Sequence record: SRR31156797_1175
DNA: 56,996 bases
Direction: 5' to 3' (one strand)
The position numbers and the translations under genes are program-made. The stretch's first letter is position 1; each line of letters begins with the position of its first letter. Shown here in pieces: positions 30,201-38,200 of the stretch. The notes under the pieces are model-generated. The model did not search any database, was not told the DNA's origin, and saw only the letters and a program-made list of their open reading frames with translations.

Positions 30201-30738
30201 CAAAATAATCAAGATCAAAAATCTGATCAGGAAGATCTTTAATTGTTAATCTTTCAAGATCTTCTTTTTTAGTAGGAAATTTAGAATCTACAGTAAAACA
30301 GACAGCACAATCAGCTAAACCTCCAGCTTCTTTAACGTACTTAATGGTAGATTTCATATTTTCGATATCATTCAAACAGTCGAAAATACGCATGATACCC
30401 AAACCCGATTTAACCGCCTGAGTATTGAAATTTTTAATTACTGTTTCAGGATAAGGACTGTAACCAAATAGATTTCGTCCACGAGATAAGGCGGTAAGTT
30501 TGGAAACATCGCCAATCACCTCTTTAATGGACTCTAAACGATACCAAGGATCCTCGTTCAAATAACGCATAACAGAATCAGGTACTGCTCCACCCCACAC
30601 TTCCATAGCATAAAAGTTTGCTTTCTTATACAAGTACAATACTTTCTCGATCTCTGCCTGCGGCATTCTGGTTGCAAAAAGAGATTGCTGTCCATCTCTT
30701 AATGTTAGATCCCTTACTAATAGTTTCCTTTTTTTCAT
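27298..30738 (-). CDS. Tandem-duplicated pyruvate/oxaloacetate carboxyltransferase (2x OadA/PycB/5S-type CT domain) lacking a biotinyl domain
   Basis: RDLTLRDGQQSLFATR, EVWGGA, KDMAG, DFHxHxT, IPGGMYTNM and PPLVTPSSQIVG each occur twice; the junction is near 29097. No (A)MKM motif. Start taken as ATG 30738 (MKKRK). Confidence 0.9.
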   Translation of the reverse strand: MKKRKLLVRDLTLRDGQQSLFATRMPQAEIEKVLYLYKKANFYAMEVWGGAVPDSVMRYLNEDPWYRLESIKEVIGDVSKLTALSRGRNLFGYSPYPETVIKNFNTQAVKSGLGIMRIFDCLNDIENMKSTIKYVKEAGGLADCAVCFTVDSKFPTKKEDLERLTIKDLPDQIFDLDYFVNMAKKLEALGADMISLKDMAGLASPSLAGKIIRKFKEELNIPVDFHSHSTPGYGLASALSAIVNGVDIIDTNIMNFAGGSAAPAYELVYLFCQKLGIELDGDAKTVVEINKILKEIRTNALADVDSYKQFPIEFDITKDKLPADIDELFDVAIKHAKVDNEEELLKACHAIEEYFNFPAPNEMVKNAEIPGGMYTNMLNQLKALGLETLLERVLEVVPVVRLDAGCPPLVTPSSQIVGVQAVNCVIDENSGRPFYTNVSNQFFNLVKGEYGTTPIEIAPEFREKITGKAEKVEYDVNAYVSPENPTLPQFGNVKLAKDDKEFMLLELFPLVAKGYLEGKRKVEFEAQREVNRKKIAAERAAIRRTGKLKIRDLTLRDGQQSLFATRVPQAEIEKVLPLYKDANFYAMEVWGGAIPDSVMRYLNEDPWHRLESIKEVIGDVSHLTALSRGRNLFGYSPYPETVIEGFNKNAVKSGLGIMRIFDCLNDVKNMETTIKYMKEAGGIADCAVCYTVDPKFTRKQRWKALLGGKKLPKKIFDVDYFVNKAKQMETMGADMITVKDMAGLIPPSLSGKIISRLKKEIDLPIDFHTHCTPGYGLGAVLMAIVNGVDIVDTNILNFAGGPAAPAFEIIQIFADKLGLDTGVNLEAVVEINKELKGIRQRIAEFDSYKMFPLEFDITADYLPKEIDALFDKAIELAKADKEEELLDVCNAIDKFFNFPAPNEEVKAAEIPGGMYTNMLAQLKALGLEDLLPTVLEKVPEVRVAAGCPPLVTPSSQIVGVQAVNYVLDVNSGKVPYTNVNNQFFNLVKGEYGETPIDIDPEYRHKICGQSEATDFDVSKYQSPENPVLDEFGGVKLAENEKEMLLLELFPTVAGPFLKNRKADAYYEKVNAEEAEKQRIIDEKKAAYKAIPAEEKEAMMLKGLYSMGGDSTQATGEINQPEEKESKLDIKTKEMLAAQKPKSRLVG

Positions 30739-31368
30739 ACCCTGACTTATTAAATATTTTAAATCGATATCACTCGAGAGAGTTCTTTTTTTGGAATCAA
30801 ATCTGGTTGATGATTGTTTCCGGATCAAAAATAAAAACTATTTTTCATTAAGGAAATATTTCTTCATTATAAGCTTCGAATTCCACAATATCCAAGATAA
30901 TGAGTATAAACACCCACTTAAATTAATGATTTTATTCTTTAATAATATCGTTTTCATTTCGCAATCGATAGCAAAAAATACAATCTAAAGATTGCAAAAT
31001 GTAAAAATCTCACTGAATTCGGGACAATGGTGAGATCCTTATAGGTTTATACCATAATTAACCGATAAGACCTACTGTTAACTTAAAATAGGGGTAAAAC
31101 ACCCATTCTTATTTTTTTCAATTTCAAAAACTGCTAAACAACATATCTATCTTCCACTTTTGTAGCAAGAGAATTTCATTTAAAGCTATTTTTATATGGG
31201 AAATTTTAATCTCAAATCCACTAAATTAAATCTAAAGTTCAGTTTTGCTCAATCTCCTATTCATTTCCTAAAAAGATGCTTACTTTTGCCCTGTTAGATA
31301 TTGAATCAATAAAAACCGCATTTGCTCTTATTTCTACAAAATGAGTTCAAAGCACTAAATAGCAGGTC

Positions 31369-32205
31369 GTGAGTATAATCGGACAATACGCAGAATTAAA
31401 AGTTGCCAAACTAGTTGATTTCGGAGTTTTTCTGGAAGGTGAAGATGAAGCATTAATATTGCTTCCAAATCAATATGTTCCAGCCAAAACACAAATTGAT
31501 GACACTATTAAAGTCTTTATTTATCGTGATTCTGAAGATAGAATTATTGCAACAACACTGACTCCAAAAGCTATTGCTGGAGAATTTGCGGTTATGAAAG
31601 TAAAATCAGTAACCAATATTGGTGCCTTTTTGGATTGGGGTTTAGCCAAAGATCTTTTGGTACCTTTTAGTGAGCAAAGAGATAAATTGCAAGAAGGACT
31701 ATCCTACCTGGTTTTCGTTTACATTGATGAATCAACGGGAAGAATTGTTGCAACAGCTAAAATTGAAAAAATCCTTAAAGATGTTGAGTTATCATATAGT
31801 GAAGGTGATGAAGTAGATATTTTAGTTGGGAAGAAAGGGGATTTAGGTTTTCAGGTATTGATTAATGATGATGCACTAGGAATTATCTACAAAAATGAAA
31901 TTTTCGGTCACTTAAAAACCGGAGATAAAAGAAAAGCTTACATTAAAAAACTGAGACCTGACGGAAAAATTGATATTAGTCTTCAACAACAAGGATATCA
32001 GAATGAAGTACCAAAATCAGGACAACAGATCTTAGATATGCTTAAGGAAGAAGAAGGTTTTCTTCCCTTGAATGATAAAAGTTCCCCTGAAGATATTCAC
32101 TATTTGCTTAAAATGAGCAAAAAGAATTTTAAGAAAGCCATTGGTCTTTTATACAAGCAAAAACTAATTACAATTGAAGATGCCGGAATTTATCTGGTTC
32201 AATAA
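31369..32205 (+). CDS. cvfB: CvfB/YitL-family S1 RNA-binding protein
   Basis: VFIYRDSEDR, GAFLDWGLAKDLLVPFSEQ, C-terminal DKSSPE...MSKKNFKKAIGLLYK; GTG start. Confidence 0.9.
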   Translation: MSIIGQYAELKVAKLVDFGVFLEGEDEALILLPNQYVPAKTQIDDTIKVFIYRDSEDRIIATTLTPKAIAGEFAVMKVKSVTNIGAFLDWGLAKDLLVPFSEQRDKLQEGLSYLVFVYIDESTGRIVATAKIEKILKDVELSYSEGDEVDILVGKKGDLGFQVLINDDALGIIYKNEIFGHLKTGDKRKAYIKKLRPDGKIDISLQQQGYQNEVPKSGQQILDMLKEEEGFLPLNDKSSPEDIHYLLKMSKKNFKKAIGLLYKQKLITIEDAGIYLVQ

Positions 32206-32229
32206 TACTAAACCACAACTAACTTAAAC

Positions 32230-33816
32230 ATGAACAATTACCTTAAAACATTATCTCTAGCCATTTTGTTGCTGTTTTCAGCAAGTACAATGGCACAAGA
32301 CAAATCAGATTGGAAAGCTGGTGTTCCTGAAGGCTGTACTACCATTACAGTTGGAAAAATGGCAACAGTTGACGGATCTGTTATTACATCACATACTGAT
32401 GACAGTCACCGAACTCGCGCATGGATGGATGTAATGCCTGCAAAAAAGCATGAAAAAGGAAGTAAGTTTAATCTATACGAGAGATCGGCATACGATAGTT
32501 TAGCTATGCCAACTTATCAACATAAAAAAATTGGAGAAATTGATCAGGTTGAAAAAACTTACCAATATTTGAATACTGCTTATCCTTGTATTAATGAAAA
32601 GCAATTAGCAATTGGTGAGTCTACTTTTGGTGGACGTGAAGAACTATTCTCGAAAGAATGTTTGATTGATTGCCAGCGCTTGCAGCAGCTGATGTTAGAA
32701 AGATGTACAACAGCACGAGAAGCTATCAATCTTGCTGGTGAATTATTAGCTAAATACGGTTGGAGAGATTACGGAGAATGTTTGACGATAGCCGATAAAA
32801 AAGAGGTTTGGCATTTTGAGGTTGTTGGTCCTGGTAAAGGAAAAATTGGTGCAATTTGGGTAGCACAACGCGTACCGGATAATCACATCTCCGTTAATGC
32901 CAATGCGAGTACAATAAAAGAAATTAATCTTAAAGATAAGGAGCACTTCATGGCTTCTAAAAACATCTATGCATTAGCAAAAGAAAAAGGATGGTGGAAA
33001 GAAGGAGAAACATTCAAGTGGAATGCTGTTTATGCCCCTAAAAGTAGACTATCATTAGCTTCAAGAAGAAGAGAGTGGAGAGTGCTTTCAATGGTGGCTC
33101 CTTCTTTAAATTTAGATGCGAATGATAAAAATTATCCTTTTTCGGTAAAACCTGATGAAAAAGTTAGCATGGATAAATTGGTAGAAATTTTTAAGGACTA
33201 CTATGAAGGAACTCCATACAACTTTGTAAAAAACATCAAACAAGCCGATGAAGATGGTAAGGAAGTATTGTCTCCATTTGCCAATCCATTTATGCCTTAT
33301 GGTATGAATCGTCTTTTCCGTGTAAACGGAGGTTGGGGTGAACTTGGAGAAAGAACCATTGCTCGTTGGTACACTATGTATGCGACCATTATTCAGTGTC
33401 GTGACTGGTTGCCTGATGATATAGGAGGAATTGTTTGGTTGGCTCAAGATAATGTGGCCACATCAATTTATATTCCGGTTTATGCAGGAACAACTGATTT
33501 AGCGGAAAGTTATAAAGTTAAAGCAAGAAGAATTGGTTATACTCGCACATCTGCATGGTGGGCATTCAACCGTTTAGGAACACTTACAGCTCAACGTTGG
33601 GGAGATATGAGACATGATGTAGATAACGTTTTTGTTCCTCTTCAGAAAAAATATTTTGAAGAGCAAGCTAAAATTGATGATGAATATCTAAGTTTGAGCA
33701 AAAAGAAACGTAAAAGTTTCCTTACCAATAGAAGTATACAATTAGGTAACGAAGTTGTAGAGAAAGCCTGGGAAATTGGCGATGGACTTTGGACCAAATA
33801 CGACGAGAAATTTTAA
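32230..33816 (+). CDS. Peptidase C69 family dipeptidase, secreted
   Basis: Signal peptide followed by nucleophile CTTITVGKMATVDGS; INEKQLAIGEST, ERCTTAREAI, WVAQRVPD. Confidence 0.9.
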   Translation: MNNYLKTLSLAILLLFSASTMAQDKSDWKAGVPEGCTTITVGKMATVDGSVITSHTDDSHRTRAWMDVMPAKKHEKGSKFNLYERSAYDSLAMPTYQHKKIGEIDQVEKTYQYLNTAYPCINEKQLAIGESTFGGREELFSKECLIDCQRLQQLMLERCTTAREAINLAGELLAKYGWRDYGECLTIADKKEVWHFEVVGPGKGKIGAIWVAQRVPDNHISVNANASTIKEINLKDKEHFMASKNIYALAKEKGWWKEGETFKWNAVYAPKSRLSLASRRREWRVLSMVAPSLNLDANDKNYPFSVKPDEKVSMDKLVEIFKDYYEGTPYNFVKNIKQADEDGKEVLSPFANPFMPYGMNRLFRVNGGWGELGERTIARWYTMYATIIQCRDWLPDDIGGIVWLAQDNVATSIYIPVYAGTTDLAESYKVKARRIGYTRTSAWWAFNRLGTLTAQRWGDMRHDVDNVFVPLQKKYFEEQAKIDDEYLSLSKKKRKSFLTNRSIQLGNEVVEKAWEIGDGLWTKYDEKF

Positions 33817-33840
33817 GAAATTTAAAGATTAAAATATTTT

Positions 33841-33870
33841 AAGAGTAGCTTTTTTAGCTACTCTTTTTTT
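33841..33870 (+). terminator. Rho-independent terminator
   Basis: AAGAGTAGCT...AGCTACTCTT followed by a T-run. Confidence 0.85.
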
Positions 33871-33982
33871 ATGCAAAAAAAATCGAAACCTTCAATAAAC
33901 AACTCTTTAATAGACGCTTATTGCTTACAACACTTTAATATCTATCTTTGTAAAAGATATTAAACTCTTTTTATCTGCATAA

Positions 33983-34237
33983 ATGAAGAAAGGTATTATT
34001 ATTGGCGGTGGAATTGCCGGGTTAACAGCTGCTATAACAATGGAACAAGCCGGTTTAGATTTTACTGTATACGAAGCAGCACCTGAACTAAAACCTTATG
34101 GAGCTGGTATTTGGATGGCACCTAATGCCATGCAGGTATTCGATAGAATTGGTGTTAAGAATGCCGTTTTAAATGCTGGTATTGAATTGGAAAGAGTAGA
34201 TATGGAGAACTGTTTAAAGTTATTTCTCCAAGGGTAA
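33983..34237 (+). pseudogene. Truncated FAD-dependent monooxygenase (N-terminal ~70 aa only)
   Basis: IIGGGIAGL Rossmann motif, VYEAAPELKPYGAGIWMAPNAMQV. Such enzymes are normally about 380 aa; similarity stops near 34200. Confidence 0.85.
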
Positions 34238-34278
34238 ATCCGATGTCAGAAGAAATAACATCCTGGTTAGAAAATTAA
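34201..34278 (+). pseudogene. Probable 3' remnant of a glutathione peroxidase gene
   Basis: An alternate frame reads YGELFKVISPRVNPMSEEITSWLEN*, resembling the C-terminus of Bacteroidota glutathione peroxidases (recognised from memory). A terminator follows. Confidence 0.55.
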
Positions 34279-34296
34279 TTTTCATTTCTAATTAAG

Positions 34297-34333
34297 AACA
34301 AAAGGCTTTAGTGTGATTCTAAAGCCTTTTGTT
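34297..34333 (+). terminator. Rho-independent terminator
   Basis: AACAAAAGGCTTTAG-N7-CTAAAGCCTTTTGTT perfect stem. Confidence 0.85.
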
Positions 34334-34427
34334 GTTTCATAAAAATTTATTATTAACTTATCAGATACTTTTATTATATTTATTTAACTATTGATGATTT
34401 ACTGAAGACCAGCAATTAGCAAAAAAA

Positions 34428-36458
34428 ATGACATCTAAACTTAAAAATACTTTAAATAAAAGCATTGCCCCAAAAGATATCTCTAACCGATTCTTTTTTT
34501 CATTGCTTCTTATCATTTTGATATTTACAACCGTCTTTGTTTACACGTATAAAAAAAATACAGACAAATTAAATCAAGATCATTTACAACAAAGTAAGGA
34601 ACAAATTATTCAGGCTAAAAAAGATTACCTAAAAGCAGTTGTTGACAGAACCATTTCTGAAATTGAGTTAATTGAAAAAATGCATCTTCAGCTGAACAAC
34701 AATCCCGATGAATCCACTTATAAGCTAATTAAAGAACAAGCCAAGGCATTTATTCGAAACACCATACTACAAGATTCTGGCTACATTTGGGTGGATGAAG
34801 TCATCAATTACAATGAAGGAGACAAATTTGCCATAAGAATGGTTCACCCTAATCTTCCAGAAACCGAAGGCGACACTATATCTACCTCTACCAAAGACAT
34901 CAAGGGAAATACTTTTTATCTAACTGAATTAGAAGGTGTAAAACGATACGGAGAATTATACTTTTCATATTGGTTTAAACATTTTGGCAGTAATAAAATT
35001 TCCAAAAAACTCTCTTATGCCAAATTGTATAAAAAATACAACTGGATTATAGCTTCAGGTGTTTATTTAGATGATGTTGATGAATTTATAGCCAGCGAAA
35101 CAAGTAAAAGTGTACTAATAACCAGCGAACACAATAAGCTAGCCGTTATAATTGCACTAACAACTATTTTGCTATCAATAATTAGCGCTCTGTTTTATCG
35201 CAAAAGAATCACCAACATATTAAGGTTCTATATGAATCAAGTACATGAGCGAGAAAATGCCTTGAAAGAAATAAATTTGTCTTTGGAAAATATCGTGGAA
35301 GAAAGGTCTAGGCAACTTTCCGAAAGCGAAAAGAGATATCAGGTAATTTTTAGAAACAATCAATCAATTATGATGTTACTAAATCCATCAAACGGTGACA
35401 TTTTAGATGCAAATGATGCGGCCTTAAATTTTTATGGCTATTCTTTGGATGAAATTACCTCAATAAATATAAGTAAAATTAACACTTTAAGTAAAAAGGA
35501 AGTTGAACTGGCAATACACGAAACCAATAAATCCGGGTCCAAGTATTTTTTATTTAAACATCGCCTTTCGAACGGAGAAATAAAAGATGTAGAAGTATAC
35601 ACAGAGAGAATGACAATAAATAGTAAAGAGGTATTTTTCTCAATCATTCATGATATTTCTAAATTGCGCAAAACCCAGCAGGAATTAATAATTGCAAAGA
35701 AAAAAGCTGAAGAAAGTGACCAATTAAAAACCGCTTTTTTAGCCAATATGAGTCATGAAATTCGTTCCCCTTTAAATTCTATTTTAGGATTTACTGATTT
35801 ACTGTCCGGATCAAATATTAGCATCGATCAAAAATCACGATTCACACAAATTATAAATAACTCAGGAGAACAACTCATGAGAATTATTGATGATATTATT
35901 GATATTTCGCACATTGAATCAAATCAGCTCACCTTATCAATTTCTTCAATTTCCATTAACAATAGCTTAGAAGAAATAGTCACCGGATTTAAAAACTCCA
36001 GGATGACATCAAAGAATAAAAACATTGATTTAAATTTGCAAATACCTAATAACAAAATTGATTATAAAATTAAAACAGATGAAGTAAGATTTACTCAAAT
36101 TTGTAATAACTTATTGAACAATGCATACAAATTTACCGAAAAGGGATCTATTGAAATTGGATATACTCTTGGTGATTCATCACAAAATAAATATCTAAAT
36201 TTCTATGTTAAAGATACCGGACTTGGTATCCCTAAAAATAAATTCAATTTAATTTTCGATCGTTTTTCTCAAGTTTCGCATAATGATTATCGAGAAGGAA
36301 ATGGTCTCGGACTAAGTATTACAAAAGGCTTGGTACAGCTGTTAGGTGGTGAAATAAATGTAGAATCGACCTTAGGTAAAGGCACAACTTTTTATTTCAC
36401 CATTCCAATAACCTACAAAAGCCAAAAACAAGAAAAAGTTGATTCTGATTATGTCTAG
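34428..36458 (+). CDS. Cache-PAS membrane sensor histidine kinase
   Basis: TM, single Cache domain (GYIW...MVHPN...KKLSYAKLY..NWIIASGVYLDD), TM, PAS, FLANMSHEIRSPLN and G boxes. Confidence 0.92.
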   Translation: MTSKLKNTLNKSIAPKDISNRFFFSLLLIILIFTTVFVYTYKKNTDKLNQDHLQQSKEQIIQAKKDYLKAVVDRTISEIELIEKMHLQLNNNPDESTYKLIKEQAKAFIRNTILQDSGYIWVDEVINYNEGDKFAIRMVHPNLPETEGDTISTSTKDIKGNTFYLTELEGVKRYGELYFSYWFKHFGSNKISKKLSYAKLYKKYNWIIASGVYLDDVDEFIASETSKSVLITSEHNKLAVIIALTTILLSIISALFYRKRITNILRFYMNQVHERENALKEINLSLENIVEERSRQLSESEKRYQVIFRNNQSIMMLLNPSNGDILDANDAALNFYGYSLDEITSINISKINTLSKKEVELAIHETNKSGSKYFLFKHRLSNGEIKDVEVYTERMTINSKEVFFSIIHDISKLRKTQQELIIAKKKAEESDQLKTAFLANMSHEIRSPLNSILGFTDLLSGSNISIDQKSRFTQIINNSGEQLMRIIDDIIDISHIESNQLTLSISSISINNSLEEIVTGFKNSRMTSKNKNIDLNLQIPNNKIDYKIKTDEVRFTQICNNLLNNAYKFTEKGSIEIGYTLGDSSQNKYLNFYVKDTGLGIPKNKFNLIFDRFSQVSHNDYREGNGLGLSITKGLVQLLGGEINVESTLGKGTTFYFTIPITYKSQKQEKVDSDYV

Positions 36459-38092
36459 TTCTTGCGTTCAAGCTCCTTTAAGTTTTCCATCTTTTTAATT
36501 GATAGATATGAATTAATATCACCAAGGTGCTCTTTCACTTTTTTGTTACCAAACTCATATACCTTTTCAACCAAACCATCAAGAAAATCTCTATCATGAG
36601 AAACGACTATTATTGTTCCATCAAAATCTTTTAAAGCTGATTTTAAGATATCTTTGGTTTTCATATCCAAGTGATTCGTAGGCTCATCCAGAATCAATAA
36701 ATTAACTGGTTCCAAAAGAAGTTTAATCATTGCCAATCTGGTTTTCTCTCCTCCAGATAAAACTTTCACTTTTTTAGTTGAGTTATCACCTCCAAACATA
36801 AAAGCACCTAGTAAATCCTTAATTTTAGTTCGGATATCTCCTATTGCCACATGATCAATGGTTTGAAAAACAGTTAAATCTTCATCCATTAATGATGCTT
36901 GATTTTGAGCGAAATAACCAATCATACTATTGTGACCCAAAGTAAGTGTTCCACCATGATCAATTTCCTGCATGATGGCTTTAACTAAAGTCGATTTTCC
37001 TTCACCATTTCTTCCAACAAAGGCAATTTTCTCTCCTCTTTCAAGCGTTAAGTTCACATTCTCGAAAACAAGATGATCTCCATAATTTTTAGAGACATCA
37101 TCCATTACAACCGGATAATTACCTGAACGAGGCGATGGTGGAAATTTTAATCGAAGTGCTGATGTATCTTCTTCATCAACCTCAATTATATCAAGTTTAT
37201 CTAACATTTTAACTCTAGACTGTACTTGTAAAGTTTTAGAATATGTTCCTTTAAACCGTTCAATAAACGCTCTATTCTCAGCAATCATCTTTTGTTGCTC
37301 ATCGTAAGCTTTTTGCTGGTGAACTCTTCTATCTTTTCTCAACTCCAAATATTCAGAATAAGATGCTTTATAGTCGTAAATTCGCCCCATTGTAATTTCA
37401 ACAGTACGAGAGGTAATATTATCAACAAATGCACGGTCGTGAGAAATTACCATCACAGCTTTTCCTGAATTGATCAGAAAATCCTCTAACCACTGAATGG
37501 ATTCAATATCCAAGTGATTTGTTGGCTCATCCAATAAAATTAAATCAGGTTTTTGTAACAGAATTTTAGCCAATTCAATTCTCATTCTCCATCCACCACT
37601 AAACTCATTGGTTGGTCGAGTAAAATCTTCACGCATAAAACCCAAACCAAAAAGGGCTTTTTCCACTTCAGCATCATAATTAATCTCCTCAATAGAGTAA
37701 AAATTTTCACTCAAAGCAGAAACATCTTCAATCAACTTGTAGTAACTTTCCGATTCAAAATCAGTTCGAGATGCCAATTGTGCATTCAACTCCTCAATTT
37801 GCTTTTCCATATCAAAAATATGGGCAAAAGCCTGAGCTGTCTCCTCAAATACTGTTCTTGTATTTGAAGTTATCAGATGTTGTGGCAAATAAGCAATGGT
37901 TTTATCTTTAGGAACTGAAACTCTACCTCTTGACGGAGTATCAACACCAGCTATTATTTTTAACAAGGTTGATTTACCAGCACCATTCTTACCCATTAGG
38001 GCAATACGGTCCTTTTCATTAATAACAAAGGAAATATCTTTAAATAGAGTTGTTCCACCAAACTCAACAGCTAATGCATCTACGCTAATCAT
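36455..38092 (-). CDS. ABC-F family ATPase (ribosome-associated)
   Basis: Two NBDs (GKNGAGKST, GRNGEGKST), FSGGWRMR, LDEPTNHLD twice, no TM. Start moved to ATG 38092; a TATCTTTG -7 element lies at 38114-38121 on the - strand. Confidence 0.94.
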   Translation of the reverse strand: MISVDALAVEFGGTTLFKDISFVINEKDRIALMGKNGAGKSTLLKIIAGVDTPSRGRVSVPKDKTIAYLPQHLITSNTRTVFEETAQAFAHIFDMEKQIEELNAQLASRTDFESESYYKLIEDVSALSENFYSIEEINYDAEVEKALFGLGFMREDFTRPTNEFSGGWRMRIELAKILLQKPDLILLDEPTNHLDIESIQWLEDFLINSGKAVMVISHDRAFVDNITSRTVEITMGRIYDYKASYSEYLELRKDRRVHQQKAYDEQQKMIAENRAFIERFKGTYSKTLQVQSRVKMLDKLDIIEVDEEDTSALRLKFPPSPRSGNYPVVMDDVSKNYGDHLVFENVNLTLERGEKIAFVGRNGEGKSTLVKAIMQEIDHGGTLTLGHNSMIGYFAQNQASLMDEDLTVFQTIDHVAIGDIRTKIKDLLGAFMFGGDNSTKKVKVLSGGEKTRLAMIKLLLEPVNLLILDEPTNHLDMKTKDILKSALKDFDGTIIVVSHDRDFLDGLVEKVYEFGNKKVKEHLGDINSYLSIKKMENLKELERKN

Positions 38093-38200
38093 CTTTTCAA
38101 TTTTATTAAGCCGCAAAGATAATTACTTTATACAATTCCTAAAGAACGAAAGTCGTTTACGTAAATTTTTAATTGTTTTCTATTTAAGATCCTCAAGAAT

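Noticed and set aside
27298-30738. Duplicated carboxyltransferase as an assembly artefact or a DGR template/variable pair
   Set aside because: The copies differ throughout at synonymous and non-synonymous sites without adenine-specific bias, the frame is continuous, and no reverse transcriptase is present.
30618-30988. ORFs 30618-30851 and 30791-30988, and the 30828 upstream start
   Set aside because: They are low-complexity AT-rich frames overlapping the carboxyltransferase start and leader; homology begins at MKKRK (30738).
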